Source of the DNA: Thalassospiraceae bacterium
Lineage (GTDB): Bacteria; Pseudomonadota; Alphaproteobacteria; Rhodospirillales; Magnetovibrionaceae
Assembly (NCBI GenBank): GCA_030637845.1
Contig: DAOWFT010000076.1
Span: 1 to 24,977, forward strand
Length of the DNA stretch: 24,977 bases
Reading direction: 5' to 3'
In this document: positions 1-8,527 of the stretch, in pieces
Numbering within the stretch: position 1 is the first letter of the stretch
Layout: every line of letters starts with the position of its first letter
Notes under the pieces: model-generated
What the model saw: the letters and a program-made list of their open reading frames with translations, nothing else
Database searches by the model: none
What the model was told of the DNA's origin: nothing
Made by a program: the position numbers and the translations under genes

Positions 1-832
1 AATCGGGCTGCACGCCATATTTGGTGGCGGCAAAGGCCGATCCGAGCCTGCCAAAACCGGTGATGACCTCATCAAATATAAGCAAAATCCCATGTTTATC
101 ACAAATGCCCTGAAGCCTTTGCAGGTATCCGGTGGGGGTAATATAGACCCCGGCCGAACCGACCATGGGCTCAACAATGACCGCGGCAATTATGCTTGCA
201 TCATGCAGTGCCACCAGATTTTCCAGCGCATCGGCTGCGCCCTCCCCGGTGGTGGGCTCGCCCTTGGAGAACCCCTGAACATTGCGATCATAAAAGAACG
301 GCAGATGGTCAACTCCGGGAAGAAGGCTGGCAAATTGCTTTTTATTGTTGCCCAAGCCGCCTACGGAAATACCGCCGAAACCCACGCCGTGATAGCCCTT
401 TTCCCGGCCTATGAATTTGGTGCGGGTGCCTTGGCCGTTCGCCTTGTGATAGGCCAGTGCAATTTTCATTGCGCTATCAACGCTTTCGGAACCTGAGTTG
501 GTAAAAAACACATGGTTGAGGTCGGGTGGCGATATTTCGCTCAAACGGTTGGCCAGCTCGAACGCCGCCGGGTGCGCCATCTGGAACGGTGGGGCGTAAT
601 CCATTTCGGCAGCCTGCTTTTGAATGGCTTCAACAATCGGCCCTCGACCATGGCCGGCATTGCAACACCAAAGCCCTGCGGTACCGTCCAGCACCTGACG
701 CCCGTCATGGGATGTGTAATGCATATCCTTGGCCGCAACCAATAGGCGCGGATTTGATTTGAACTGGCGATTGGCGGTAAATGGCATCCAATACGCATCA
801 AGATCGTTGGGGGTTAACACCGTATCAGACAT
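1..832 (-). CDS. bauA: Class III PLP-dependent omega-amino acid (beta-alanine):pyruvate aminotransferase, 3' end truncated by the window edge
   Basis: Not in the ORF track because it has no stop in the window. Manual minus-strand translation from ATG at 832 (GGAG RBS upstream): MSDTVLTPNDLDAYWMPFTANRQFKSNPRLL...DGTAGLWCCNAGHGR...FFTNSGSESVD...HGILLIFDEVITGFGRLG. This contains the class III aminotransferase signature, and the WMPFTANRQFK N-terminus is typical of beta-alanine:pyruvate transaminases. Confidence 0.92.
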   Translation of the reverse strand, partial: MSDTVLTPNDLDAYWMPFTANRQFKSNPRLLVAAKDMHYTSHDGRQVLDGTAGLWCCNAGHGRGPIVEAIQKQAAEMDYAPPFQMAHPAAFELANRLSEISPPDLNHVFFTNSGSESVDSAMKIALAYHKANGQGTRTKFIGREKGYHGVGFGGISVGGLGNNKKQFASLLPGVDHLPFFYDRNVQGFSKGEPTTGEGAADALENLVALHDASIIAAVIVEPMVGSAGVYITPTGYLQRLQGICDKHGILLIFDEVITGFGRLGSAFAATKYGVQPD

Positions 833-939
833 TGCAATTCTCCGTTATTGATGGCTGGCGATAACCTATCATGGCCATTAATTCCATATTATTTTAGTTT
901 TAACCAATGGGGTAAGTATTTATCAGCGCACAACCCAAC

Positions 940-969
940 AAAAATCCCCAACTCCGAAGAGCTGGGGAT
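940..969 (-). terminator. Rho-independent terminator downstream of the cytochrome c gene
   Basis: Minus strand reads ATCCCCAGCTC-TTCG-GAGTTGGGGAT-TTTT: 11-bp stem (one G-U pair), C(UUCG)G tetraloop and U-tract, 53 nt after the stop at 1023. Confidence 0.8.
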
Positions 970-1022
970 AATTATCAGTGATTACAAGGGCGAGGCATGC
1001 CGCTAATCATTGCTGTTGGGAA

Positions 1023-1481
1023 CTAGTTACCGACGCTAAAGCTATAGGCCTCGTGACAAGATATGCATTTTCCCAGGTTTGCCTCAAGTGACTCCAGCAC
1101 AGCCTCGGGGCCAATTTCGGCGGCAAGACCCACTTCATCAAAACCGTCATGCGTAGACATACCCAGTTGCTTGAACGCCATGGGTAGCTTGAGCATGGTT
1201 TCAGGCGGCACACTTTCGACCTCGGCACGACCGACCCGATGGGCGGTCTCCTTGACGGCGCTCATATCGTTATCATTGGCCGCAGATATAATTTCCTGAA
1301 CGGCAACCAGAAAGCCACGCATTTCGGCAAGAATGAAGTCGCGCTCCGACGTTTCCAACACTATGGCCTCGCGGCCATCGGTGGCGGTAACCGTGGTGCC
1401 GCTGATAAATTTGAAGCCAACAAACGCGGCCGTGGCCACCCATAACACGATGGCGATTATGGCAAAGAACTTGGTGCTCAT
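1023..1481 (-). CDS. Membrane-anchored/exported monoheme class II (cytochrome c'-like) cytochrome c
   Basis: Hydrophobic N-terminal segment (KFFAIIAIVLWVATAAFVGFKFI), helical body, and a single C-terminal CXXCH (CISCH-EAY), the class II arrangement. ATG at 1481 is preferred over the track's start at 1502. Confidence 0.8.
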   Translation of the reverse strand: MSTKFFAIIAIVLWVATAAFVGFKFISGTTVTATDGREAIVLETSERDFILAEMRGFLVAVQEIISAANDNDMSAVKETAHRVGRAEVESVPPETMLKLPMAFKQLGMSTHDGFDEVGLAAEIGPEAVLESLEANLGKCISCHEAYSFSVGN

Positions 1482-1562
1482 TAAAAAACCTTTCTGTAAC
1501 AATTGTTTTTCATCCGCTTTTTCCCGACACGGTGTCGGGTAAGGGCAGCTAATGCTTGATGC

Positions 1563-1594
1563 TTGACATTTTCCATATGTAAGTATTTACTCAC
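1563..1594 (+). promoter_or_regulatory. Sigma70 -35 hexamer plus imperfect 16-bp palindrome (candidate TetR operator)
   Basis: TTGACA at 1563-1568. GTAAGTA-TT-TACTCAC at 1579-1594 (6/7 dyad match) ends 4 nt before the TetR ATG and lies between two divergent genes. Confidence 0.55.
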
Positions 1595-1598
1595 TTAT

Positions 1599-2210
1599 AT
1601 GGATAGCCCCAAACGCAAAAGCACACAAGAGCGAAAATCGGAAATTGTCGATGCGGCGCTCAACCTATCCGCAGACGCGGGTCCGGGCCAGATAACAACC
1701 GAGGCTCTGGCCAAGCGGGTCGGGGTAAGCCACGGCGCTATTTTCAGGCACTTCCCCACCAAGGCAGCCATATGGAATGCGGTGTTTGAAACAATCGCTA
1801 AAAAAATGGAACAGGGGTGGCATCGCATCAAGCCATCACCATCCCCGTGCGAACGGTTGCGCTTTCTAGTTCGGGCACAATTGCGGCTTGTGGTGGCCAT
1901 ACCCGCGCTTCCCTCAATTATATTTTCCCGGGAACTACATAAAAAAAATGCCGGCATCCAAAAAGGAGTGTTGGCGCTGATGAAGCGCTTTCATGGTGTT
2001 ATTTCGAGCGAGATTCAAGCGGGTATAGACAGCGGAGAGTTGCGCGCCGATATAGATGTGCCCGAAACGGCAAATTTAGTCATCGCCATCTTGCAGGGAA
2101 CCGTTCTGCGCTGGTCTGTCACCCAAGGAAAATTCGACCTTGTCGCCGAGGGTGATAAAATGCTCACCCTGGCCTTGTCTGGTTTTCAAAATCATAAAAT
2201 GAACAAATAA
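1599..2210 (+). CDS. TetR/AcrR family transcriptional regulator
   Basis: N-terminal HTH motif (ITTEALAKRVGVSHGAIFRHFPTKAAI). ATG at 1599 chosen over the track's TTG at 1563, which coincides with the -35 box. Confidence 0.93.
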   Translation: MDSPKRKSTQERKSEIVDAALNLSADAGPGQITTEALAKRVGVSHGAIFRHFPTKAAIWNAVFETIAKKMEQGWHRIKPSPSPCERLRFLVRAQLRLVVAIPALPSIIFSRELHKKNAGIQKGVLALMKRFHGVISSEIQAGIDSGELRADIDVPETANLVIAILQGTVLRWSVTQGKFDLVAEGDKMLTLALSGFQNHKMNK

Positions 2211-2236
2211 AAAAACCGCCACAGGCTAGTTGCGAT

Positions 2237-3709
2237 TTAGTGGAGTGTGTCGTTTTTATCCAATGTAGCGGGCAAGGTATCTTCTGTTGCGCTATGCTGG
2301 TTCGGAGTATTTTTTACAATACGCCACGCGGGAATAATCATCCGCACTGTTGTTCCCCGATCGGGGGCGCTATCCATCTCAATGCCGCCACCGTGCATTT
2401 CCATCAGACGAAGACTTAACGGCAAGCCAAGGCCGGTGCCCTTGATCGAACCGGTTAGCTTGTTTTCCACCTGCTCGAATTCATCAAACACCCTTTCTTG
2501 GCTTTCCAATGGAATACCGATTCCATTATCCTCGATCTCAATCACCAAGAAATCGTCCTGTTTTTTATAAATTCGAATACATACCTCACCCCCCTCGGGG
2601 GTAAATTTAATGGCGTTGGATAGCAGGTTTAGCAAAACCTGCCTGAGCTTTTGGGAGTCACCCCTTATTTTTTCACCAATGTCGGTTTGGCTAACCGTAA
2701 GTTTAACGCCCGCTTTTTCCGCAAGACTGGAGGTCAGGGACTGACAGACATGCACCAGATTAACAATGCTCAGGTCTTCTTCGCTTAAGCTTTCCTTGCC
2801 GGCCTCGACCTTTGACAGATCAAGCACGGTATCAATTAGACCGCGCAAATGATCAGCTGATTCGTGAATATGGGATACATAATCAAGATATTTTTCATTT
2901 TTTATTGGACCCAGAACCTGTAACGCCATGGTTTCTGAAAACCCGATGATTGCGTTCAGGGGCGTACGTAGTTCATGGCTCATATTCGATAGAAATTTGG
3001 ATTTTGCAACGCTGGCCATTTCTGCCTTTTGCAGAGTAGTAGAAAGCTCTTCTTCGATCCGCTTGCGATCGGTGATGTCTTCTTTAATGCCAATAAAATT
3101 CTTGATCTCCCCGGTTTTTCCAAACACCGGAGATATTGACACATCTTCCCAAAACAAAGACCCATCCTTGGCCTTGTTGATCATCTCTCCGTGCCATTCC
3201 TTACCGGACATAATGGTTTGCCATAGATCAAGGTGGGTTTCGGGGTTTGTCAATTCTGATTTGAATATACTCGGGGTATTTCCGACTACCTCAGACAATT
3301 TATACCCGGACATTTCCAGCATCTTCGGGTTGGCGTATTCGATTATACCGTCTTTACCGGTAATAATTATGCCCACCGAGGCCTGATCCACAGCAAGGGA
3401 CAACTTTTTTCGCTCGACCTCCAGACCGCCATAACGAAAAATTAAAACTGCGGTTATCCAAATCGCAAAAATTGCCAGCATTCTGTTTGTAAAGACAATC
3501 CATGGAATCCCACCGGGGGGAGATAGCGCATAACCGACCAGCGTTAGCCCGATACCTATGGCAGCCAGTATTAAAACGTGTTCACGACGAGGAAACCAAA
3601 GACCGATCATGACCAGGGCGACATAAGGAACGCCGCCGGCAACCCCAAGGGGTAACATAATATCGAACGCAAGAATGGCCGCGGCCACAACCAGCGACAG
3701 CAACACCAA
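2237..3709 (-). CDS. Membrane-bound PAS-domain sensor histidine kinase (TM-PAS-HisKA-HATPase_c)
   Basis: Several N-terminal TM segments; PAS (ITGKDGIIEYANPKMLEMSGY...LWQTIMSGKEWHGEMINKAKDGSLFW); H-box MSHELRTPLNAIIGFSE; N-box NLLSNAIKFT; G boxes DNGIGI and GTGLGL. Start codon uncertain: no in-frame ATG upstream before the stop at 3778, TTG 3709 or GTG 3706 possible. Confidence 0.93.
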   Translation of the reverse strand: MVLLSLVVAAAILAFDIMLPLGVAGGVPYVALVMIGLWFPRREHVLILAAIGIGLTLVGYALSPPGGIPWIVFTNRMLAIFAIWITAVLIFRYGGLEVERKKLSLAVDQASVGIIITGKDGIIEYANPKMLEMSGYKLSEVVGNTPSIFKSELTNPETHLDLWQTIMSGKEWHGEMINKAKDGSLFWEDVSISPVFGKTGEIKNFIGIKEDITDRKRIEEELSTTLQKAEMASVAKSKFLSNMSHELRTPLNAIIGFSETMALQVLGPIKNEKYLDYVSHIHESADHLRGLIDTVLDLSKVEAGKESLSEEDLSIVNLVHVCQSLTSSLAEKAGVKLTVSQTDIGEKIRGDSQKLRQVLLNLLSNAIKFTPEGGEVCIRIYKKQDDFLVIEIEDNGIGIPLESQERVFDEFEQVENKLTGSIKGTGLGLPLSLRLMEMHGGGIEMDSAPDRGTTVRMIIPAWRIVKNTPNQHSATEDTLPATLDKNDTLH

Positions 3710-3821
3710 GAGTCTAAAATCGTGATTATCTCTATGCAGGTGCGATTTCCCCCCGAAAGAACGCCCAAATCTATTTTATTACAATATGATAATCTCTATC
3801 ATAGCTAGATATGCATTATAC

Positions 3822-3835
3822 TTGATTGCGGTCAA
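3822..3835. promoter_or_regulatory. FNR/FixK-type binding site upstream of the PAS kinase
   Basis: TTGAT-tgcg-GTCAA, 9/10 match to TTGAT-N4-ATCAA, in the intergenic region between the ccoS stop and the kinase start. Confidence 0.72.
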
Positions 3836-3923
3836 ATACGGTGATGACTAAACATAAAATCAGGTAATGCGTTGATGTTATGGGTAAATTTCTTCAAATA
3901 ACCCCCGCGCTAATACCCGCCGC

Positions 3924-4106
3924 TTAATCATCTTCGTTGGTGTTTGTGGTATTTTTCTCCTGAATATCATCATCATCGAACAAAATTCGATTGGCCGAAC
4001 CCTCCATATCATCAAACTGCCCTGATTTAAGCGCCCACAGAAATGCCGCCAGAGCTACTCCGCCCAACAACAGTGCCACGGGAATAAGATAGAGCAAAAT
4101 ATCCAT
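3924..4106 (-). CDS. ccoS: cbb3-type cytochrome oxidase assembly protein CcoS/FixS
   Basis: 60 aa with MDILLYLIPVAL...FLWALKSGQFDDMEG...ILFDDD, the CcoS signature; last gene of ccoGHIS, TGATG-coupled to ccoI. Confidence 0.95.
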   Translation of the reverse strand: MDILLYLIPVALLLGGVALAAFLWALKSGQFDDMEGSANRILFDDDDIQEKNTTNTNEDD

Positions 4107-6478
4107 CAGTTTTTACCCCTTTCGCCGCTCTGACTACCCAGCCCACCCAGCCTAAGAGAATTACCAATTACCACCAGCGATGATGATGACATGGCGATGG
4201 CGGCGATCAGTGGCGTCACCAACCCCAGCATCGCCAGTGGAATGGTAGAGGCATTATACACAAATGAAAGCGCAAAGTTTTGCTTAATCAGGTTATCTGC
4301 ACGGCGGGCTACTTCCAGAGCCTCAATCACCGGCGCCAACTTATCTCCCTGATAAATAATATCAGCGGCGGTTTGTGAAATATCCGCAGCGCTTGATGGT
4401 GACAGCGATACATGCGCGCCCGCCAATGCCGGGGCATCGTTTATGCCGTCACCCACCATCAGCACATGACGCCCCTCAGCCGCAAGCTCTGTAAGGCGTG
4501 CAGCTTTATCGGTGGGTGTAAAACCTGCGTTCCAATTTTTTATATTTAGCGTTTTGGCAATCTGGGCAACCGTTTCTATTCGGTCACCGGAAAGAAGCTC
4601 GACCCCAAGCCCCATTCCCTGCAATTCATTTACCACCTTGGCAGCATCGGAACGCAATCGATCAACAAAGGCAAAGCAAATCGGAGAAAAATCTGGCCGC
4701 ACCAGCCATAACTCCGGACCGATTGCGGCAACGCTATCATCGACCCCGCACCAATCACGTCGCCCCAAACGAATTTCCCCCGCATCGGTTTTAAGCAACA
4801 ATCCAGCCCCGGGAACCTCCTGCACCCCTTCAATCGGCGTTACGCCATCGCCCACCACCCGCGTTATGGCGCGGGACAAGGGGTGCTTACTAACCGCCGC
4901 CATGGCGGCTGCCAGCTCAAGGTCGTCATTATTGATGTCATCACGGTTGGAAAGTTCCGGTCTGCCCATTGTCAGGGTTCCGGTTTTATCAAGCACAACA
5001 TAATCCACCTCGGCCAAGCGCTCCAGCGCGGTGCCGGATTTAAGCAACATTCCCCGACGCAAAAACCGCCCACTCGCCACAACCTGCACCGCCGGCACCG
5101 CCAGAGCCAACGCACATGGACAAGTAATAATCAGCACCGCCACCGAAATCATCAGCGCTTGCTGCCACGGGGCACCGACCACCAGCCACCAAATGATAAA
5201 TGCTATCAACGCAAGGCTATGAACCACCGGGGCGTACAGCGCCGAAACACGGTCAGCAATAGCAACGTAGCGTGCGCGCCCTTCTTCGGCGAGTTCCATC
5301 AGCCGCAGTATTTCCGCCAGCAATGTATCCTCGCCCACAGCGGTTACACGAATGATTAGGGGGCTGGTTATGTTCATTGTGCCGGCAAACACATCAATTT
5401 CCGGCTTGGCAACTGCCGGGATGCTTTCGCCATTGATAAGCTGTGTATCGATATCGCTGATGCCATCCACAACCCTGCCATCAACCGAAATTCGTTCCCC
5501 CGCACTTACCAGCACCCGCATACCCGGCGCAACCTTGGTTGGGGGCACTACGTGGCGGATGCCGTTATCATCTAAAATCGTTATTGCCCTGGCACCAAGG
5601 GCCAGTAAATGCTCACCCATGGAGCGGGCCCGGCCACGGGCGCGGCTATCTAGGTAACGACCGACCAATAAAAAGAATAATAACGTAATGGCAGAATCAA
5701 AATATACATGCTCACCGCCACGAACGGTTTCAAACAGGCTCATGCCCGATGCCAGCAGAACCGCTATTGAGACCGGAACATCCATATTGGTGCGCCCGGC
5801 CTTAAGTGCGATTATGGCGGAGCGATAAAACGGCACCCCGGAAAAAGCCACGGCCGGAAGCGCAATTAACGCCGATAACCAATGCATCAGATCGCGCGTG
5901 GCCGGGCCCATACCTTGAAAATAACCGGCCCACACCGAAACAGAAAACAACATGACATTACCGGCGGCAAAACCGGCAACGGCCATGCTGATAAGCAGGT
6001 TTTTTTCATAGGCCCGGGTTTCTTCCCCCAGAACCAGGGGATCAAACGGTGCCGCCTTGTATCCCAATTGGCCGATTAAACCTACAAGCTCCGATATATC
6101 GGCCTTGTCCGGATGCCATTTTAATACCAGTCGTCGGGTGGTCATATTAATGCGCGCATGCACGACCCCAGCCTGACGCGCCAGCACGCTTTCTATCAAC
6201 CATACACAAGCCGCACATTGCATTCCTTCGATCATCAGGTGCAATGATGAGATTCCGTCATCTTCGGTTTTTACATAAGAGGAAAAGTCAAAGAGCGTTT
6301 CGTCTTCATCCGGTCGCATGGGGCGTATATCGGGGTCAATGCAGCGCTGGCTATAATATTTTTCCAGCCCCAACCCCTGCACCATGCCATAAGCCGCTTG
6401 GCAACCGGCGCAGCAAAATTCTTTCCCGCCACTACTTTTGCCGGGAATCGGTAATCCGCAATGCAGGCAATCAGACAT
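4106..6478 (-). CDS. ccoI: Cu-transporting P1B-type ATPase CcoI/FixI
   Basis: N-terminal CLHC/CCAGC metal motif, HMA domain (CAAC), CPC transmembrane motif, DKTGT phosphorylation site, GDGIND motif; position within the cco cluster. Confidence 0.95.
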   Translation of the reverse strand: MSDCLHCGLPIPGKSSGGKEFCCAGCQAAYGMVQGLGLEKYYSQRCIDPDIRPMRPDEDETLFDFSSYVKTEDDGISSLHLMIEGMQCAACVWLIESVLARQAGVVHARINMTTRRLVLKWHPDKADISELVGLIGQLGYKAAPFDPLVLGEETRAYEKNLLISMAVAGFAAGNVMLFSVSVWAGYFQGMGPATRDLMHWLSALIALPAVAFSGVPFYRSAIIALKAGRTNMDVPVSIAVLLASGMSLFETVRGGEHVYFDSAITLLFFLLVGRYLDSRARGRARSMGEHLLALGARAITILDDNGIRHVVPPTKVAPGMRVLVSAGERISVDGRVVDGISDIDTQLINGESIPAVAKPEIDVFAGTMNITSPLIIRVTAVGEDTLLAEILRLMELAEEGRARYVAIADRVSALYAPVVHSLALIAFIIWWLVVGAPWQQALMISVAVLIITCPCALALAVPAVQVVASGRFLRRGMLLKSGTALERLAEVDYVVLDKTGTLTMGRPELSNRDDINNDDLELAAAMAAVSKHPLSRAITRVVGDGVTPIEGVQEVPGAGLLLKTDAGEIRLGRRDWCGVDDSVAAIGPELWLVRPDFSPICFAFVDRLRSDAAKVVNELQGMGLGVELLSGDRIETVAQIAKTLNIKNWNAGFTPTDKAARLTELAAEGRHVLMVGDGINDAPALAGAHVSLSPSSAADISQTAADIIYQGDKLAPVIEALEVARRADNLIKQNFALSFVYNASTIPLAMLGLVTPLIAAIAMSSSSLVVIGNSLRLGGLGSQSGERGKN

Positions 6479-6957
6479 CAGAGAACCTGAACGCGCCGCC
6501 TTAGGCGAAATGCATCACCATCACGTCTTGCGCTTATGTGTACTTCCCACAATCCGGGCAAAGGCAGCTGTAATTTCGTACTATAGGTTCCGGCAATTGC
6601 GCCCGTCTTTAAACCCACATCGTAATCGACATCGTCTTGTGATGGGCGGTACATGCGCGCCATAACCATAAGGCCGTCCAACGGTGCGCCGTCCTTACCG
6701 GTAAAATGAACCGATAAATTTCCGTCAGGATTGAAATTAAAATCTACTTTCCAGCCCAGCTCGCCCTGCTGGCGTTTGGCATCTAGGGTTTGGTTAAAGG
6801 CAAGACCCTTGGCGTAATGGTCTTCGGTAGAAAGGCCAGTCCACGAGTTTACGGCGAAATACGTAAGAAACCCGTTCACAATAACGACAATACCCAAGCC
6901 GCCAACAAACAACCAAGGATACCACCAACCGGGTTCACGACTACCAGCAATTGCCAT
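6478..6957 (-). CDS. ccoH: FixH/CcoH family protein
   Basis: WWYPWLFVGGLGIVVIVNGFLTYFAVNSW...DHYAKGLAFNQ pattern, located between ccoG and ccoI. ATG at 6957 preferred (AGGTGG upstream); the track's start at 6966 is the alternative. Confidence 0.9.
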   Translation of the reverse strand: MAIAGSREPGWWYPWLFVGGLGIVVIVNGFLTYFAVNSWTGLSTEDHYAKGLAFNQTLDAKRQQGELGWKVDFNFNPDGNLSVHFTGKDGAPLDGLMVMARMYRPSQDDVDYDVGLKTGAIAGTYSTKLQLPLPGLWEVHISARRDGDAFRLRRRVQVL

Positions 6958-7006
6958 ATTTACCACCTATCGTATTAGATATTGTTCATCTCATTACTTA
7001 TCTTAA

Positions 7007-8452
7007 CTAATCATCTGGGCCATAGAATACAGTTTCCTGCTCTATTTCCATACCGGTTTTCAGGTTAATCAGCTTAAATTCCAATTTGCTGGATTTACTT
7101 TCCAACCGTTCCGACGATACCCGTACAAAAACCCTGAAAGTTCCAATGCTATCGGGGTCAACATCCAATATAACCTCTTTGGCGCCCTTACTTTCAATGC
7201 CGACAACGGTTATCAGCGCGTTATCCAGCTCATCTGCAAGTAATATATAAGAATTGGCATGGGCCTCCATATTAAGAATCTTGAAGGTGTAACCATTGCG
7301 GATATCGCCGTTTGAAAGGGTTACAAACAGTGGGGAGCGATCACGCTGAATATTGATTTCAATTCGGTCACGGGTTGCCAGCGAAAGCACCATAATCCCT
7401 ATTACGCTGATAAGAATTGCCACATAGGCAAGAACCCGTGGGCGGAAAAAGCGTTTCTTTGCTGGGCGGCCTTCGGCTCGTGCAAGTTGATTGGAAATGG
7501 AATCATAAGCAATAAGGTTCGCCGGGCGATCAAGTTTGCTCATAATTGAGTTACAGGCATCAATACACAGCGCACAGCCGATACAGGTAAATTGCTGACC
7601 TAAACGTATATCGGTTCCGGTCGGGCAAACATTGACGCAAAGCCCGCAATCAACGCAATCACCCAAATTATTGTCGCTATCTTTTTGTTTTGCCTTGCCC
7701 CGTGGTTCGCCGCGCCATTCCTCATAGGTAACAAGCAGGGAATCTTCATCAAACATCGAGCCCTGAAAACGTGGCCACGGACACATATAAATACACACCT
7801 GTTCCCGCGCCCAGCCAGCCAATAAATAGGTAAACCCGGCAAACAGCGCGACAAACCCATAAAGCGTGCTTGAGGCGCTGCCGCTTAGCATATCCACCGC
7901 GGCGGTTGGGGCGTCGACAAAATAGAAAATCCATGCCCCGCCGGTAAGCAGGGCAATAAGTATCCAGACAATGTGCTTGATAATTTTTTTTACCGCTTTT
8001 GATATGGTTAGCGGAGAATTATCCAGTTTTATCCGTTTGTTGCGATCACCCTCTATGAAGCGCTCGGCCAACAAAAACAGGTCAGTCCATACCGTTTGCG
8101 GGCAGGTAAAACCACACCACACCCGACCCGCCAGTGCGGTTGCCAAAAATAATCCAACCGCACCTAAAATAAGAATTCCGGTCAGGTAATAAACTTCCTG
8201 CGCCCAAATTTCGATATTTAAAAAGTAACCTCTTCTTCCGGCCAGATCGAGCAGCACCGCCTGATTAGGCATATCCGGACCGCGATCCCACCTCAGCCAC
8301 GGAACCACATAATAAGAACCCAACAACACGCCCAACACTATCCATTTGAGCTGACGAAAGGTTCCCGCAATACGCTGCGGATAGACCTTGAGGTGCTTGG
8401 AGTAAAGCGAGGCATTTACCTGTTGACTATTATTGTCCGGTTCGGCGTTCAT
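7007..8452 (-). CDS. ccoG: Cytochrome c oxidase accessory protein CcoG/FixG (polyferredoxin-like)
   Basis: GRVWCGFTCPQT, CIYMCPWPRFQ, CVDCGLCVNVCP and CIGCALCIDAC motifs; multiple TM helices; C-terminal FixG-type domain (NGDIRNGYTFKILN). Confidence 0.96.
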   Translation of the reverse strand: MNAEPDNNSQQVNASLYSKHLKVYPQRIAGTFRQLKWIVLGVLLGSYYVVPWLRWDRGPDMPNQAVLLDLAGRRGYFLNIEIWAQEVYYLTGILILGAVGLFLATALAGRVWCGFTCPQTVWTDLFLLAERFIEGDRNKRIKLDNSPLTISKAVKKIIKHIVWILIALLTGGAWIFYFVDAPTAAVDMLSGSASSTLYGFVALFAGFTYLLAGWAREQVCIYMCPWPRFQGSMFDEDSLLVTYEEWRGEPRGKAKQKDSDNNLGDCVDCGLCVNVCPTGTDIRLGQQFTCIGCALCIDACNSIMSKLDRPANLIAYDSISNQLARAEGRPAKKRFFRPRVLAYVAILISVIGIMVLSLATRDRIEINIQRDRSPLFVTLSNGDIRNGYTFKILNMEAHANSYILLADELDNALITVVGIESKGAKEVILDVDPDSIGTFRVFVRVSSERLESKSSKLEFKLINLKTGMEIEQETVFYGPDD

Positions 8453-8463
8453 ATACGTTACCT

Positions 8464-8503
8464 AAAACAAGGGGCGGCACCGAAAATTTTCGGCCACCGC
8501 CCC
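8464..8503 (-). terminator. GC-rich stem-loop between ccoP and ccoG (internal terminator or mRNA-stabilising hairpin)
   Basis: GGGGCGG-ca-CCGAAAATTTTCGG-cca-CCGCCCC at 8471-8503, followed on the minus strand by TTGTTTT. Confidence 0.55.
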
Positions 8504-8527
8504 CCACGTTGATTTATAGTCCGGGCT

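Noticed and set aside
92-801. Track ORFs 92-496, 196-414, 512-745, 526-762 (+) and 541-801 (-)
   Set aside because: Shadow or alternate frames of the minus-strand aminotransferase, which carries clear family motifs.
912-922. GTAAGTATTTA, identical to 1579-1589 of the candidate TetR operator
   Set aside because: Only the left part of the dyad is present, and 11-bp matches are expected by chance many times in 25 kb.
2211-2236. Possible terminator between the convergent TetR and kinase genes
   Set aside because: Only a weak imperfect stem (AACCGC/GCGATT); not convincing.
3710-3775. In-frame extension of the 2237-3709 kinase with a possible CTG start at 3739
   Set aside because: The frame is open up to the stop at 3778 and a G-rich tract precedes the CTG, but nothing in the sequence alone distinguishes it from the TTG/GTG starts.
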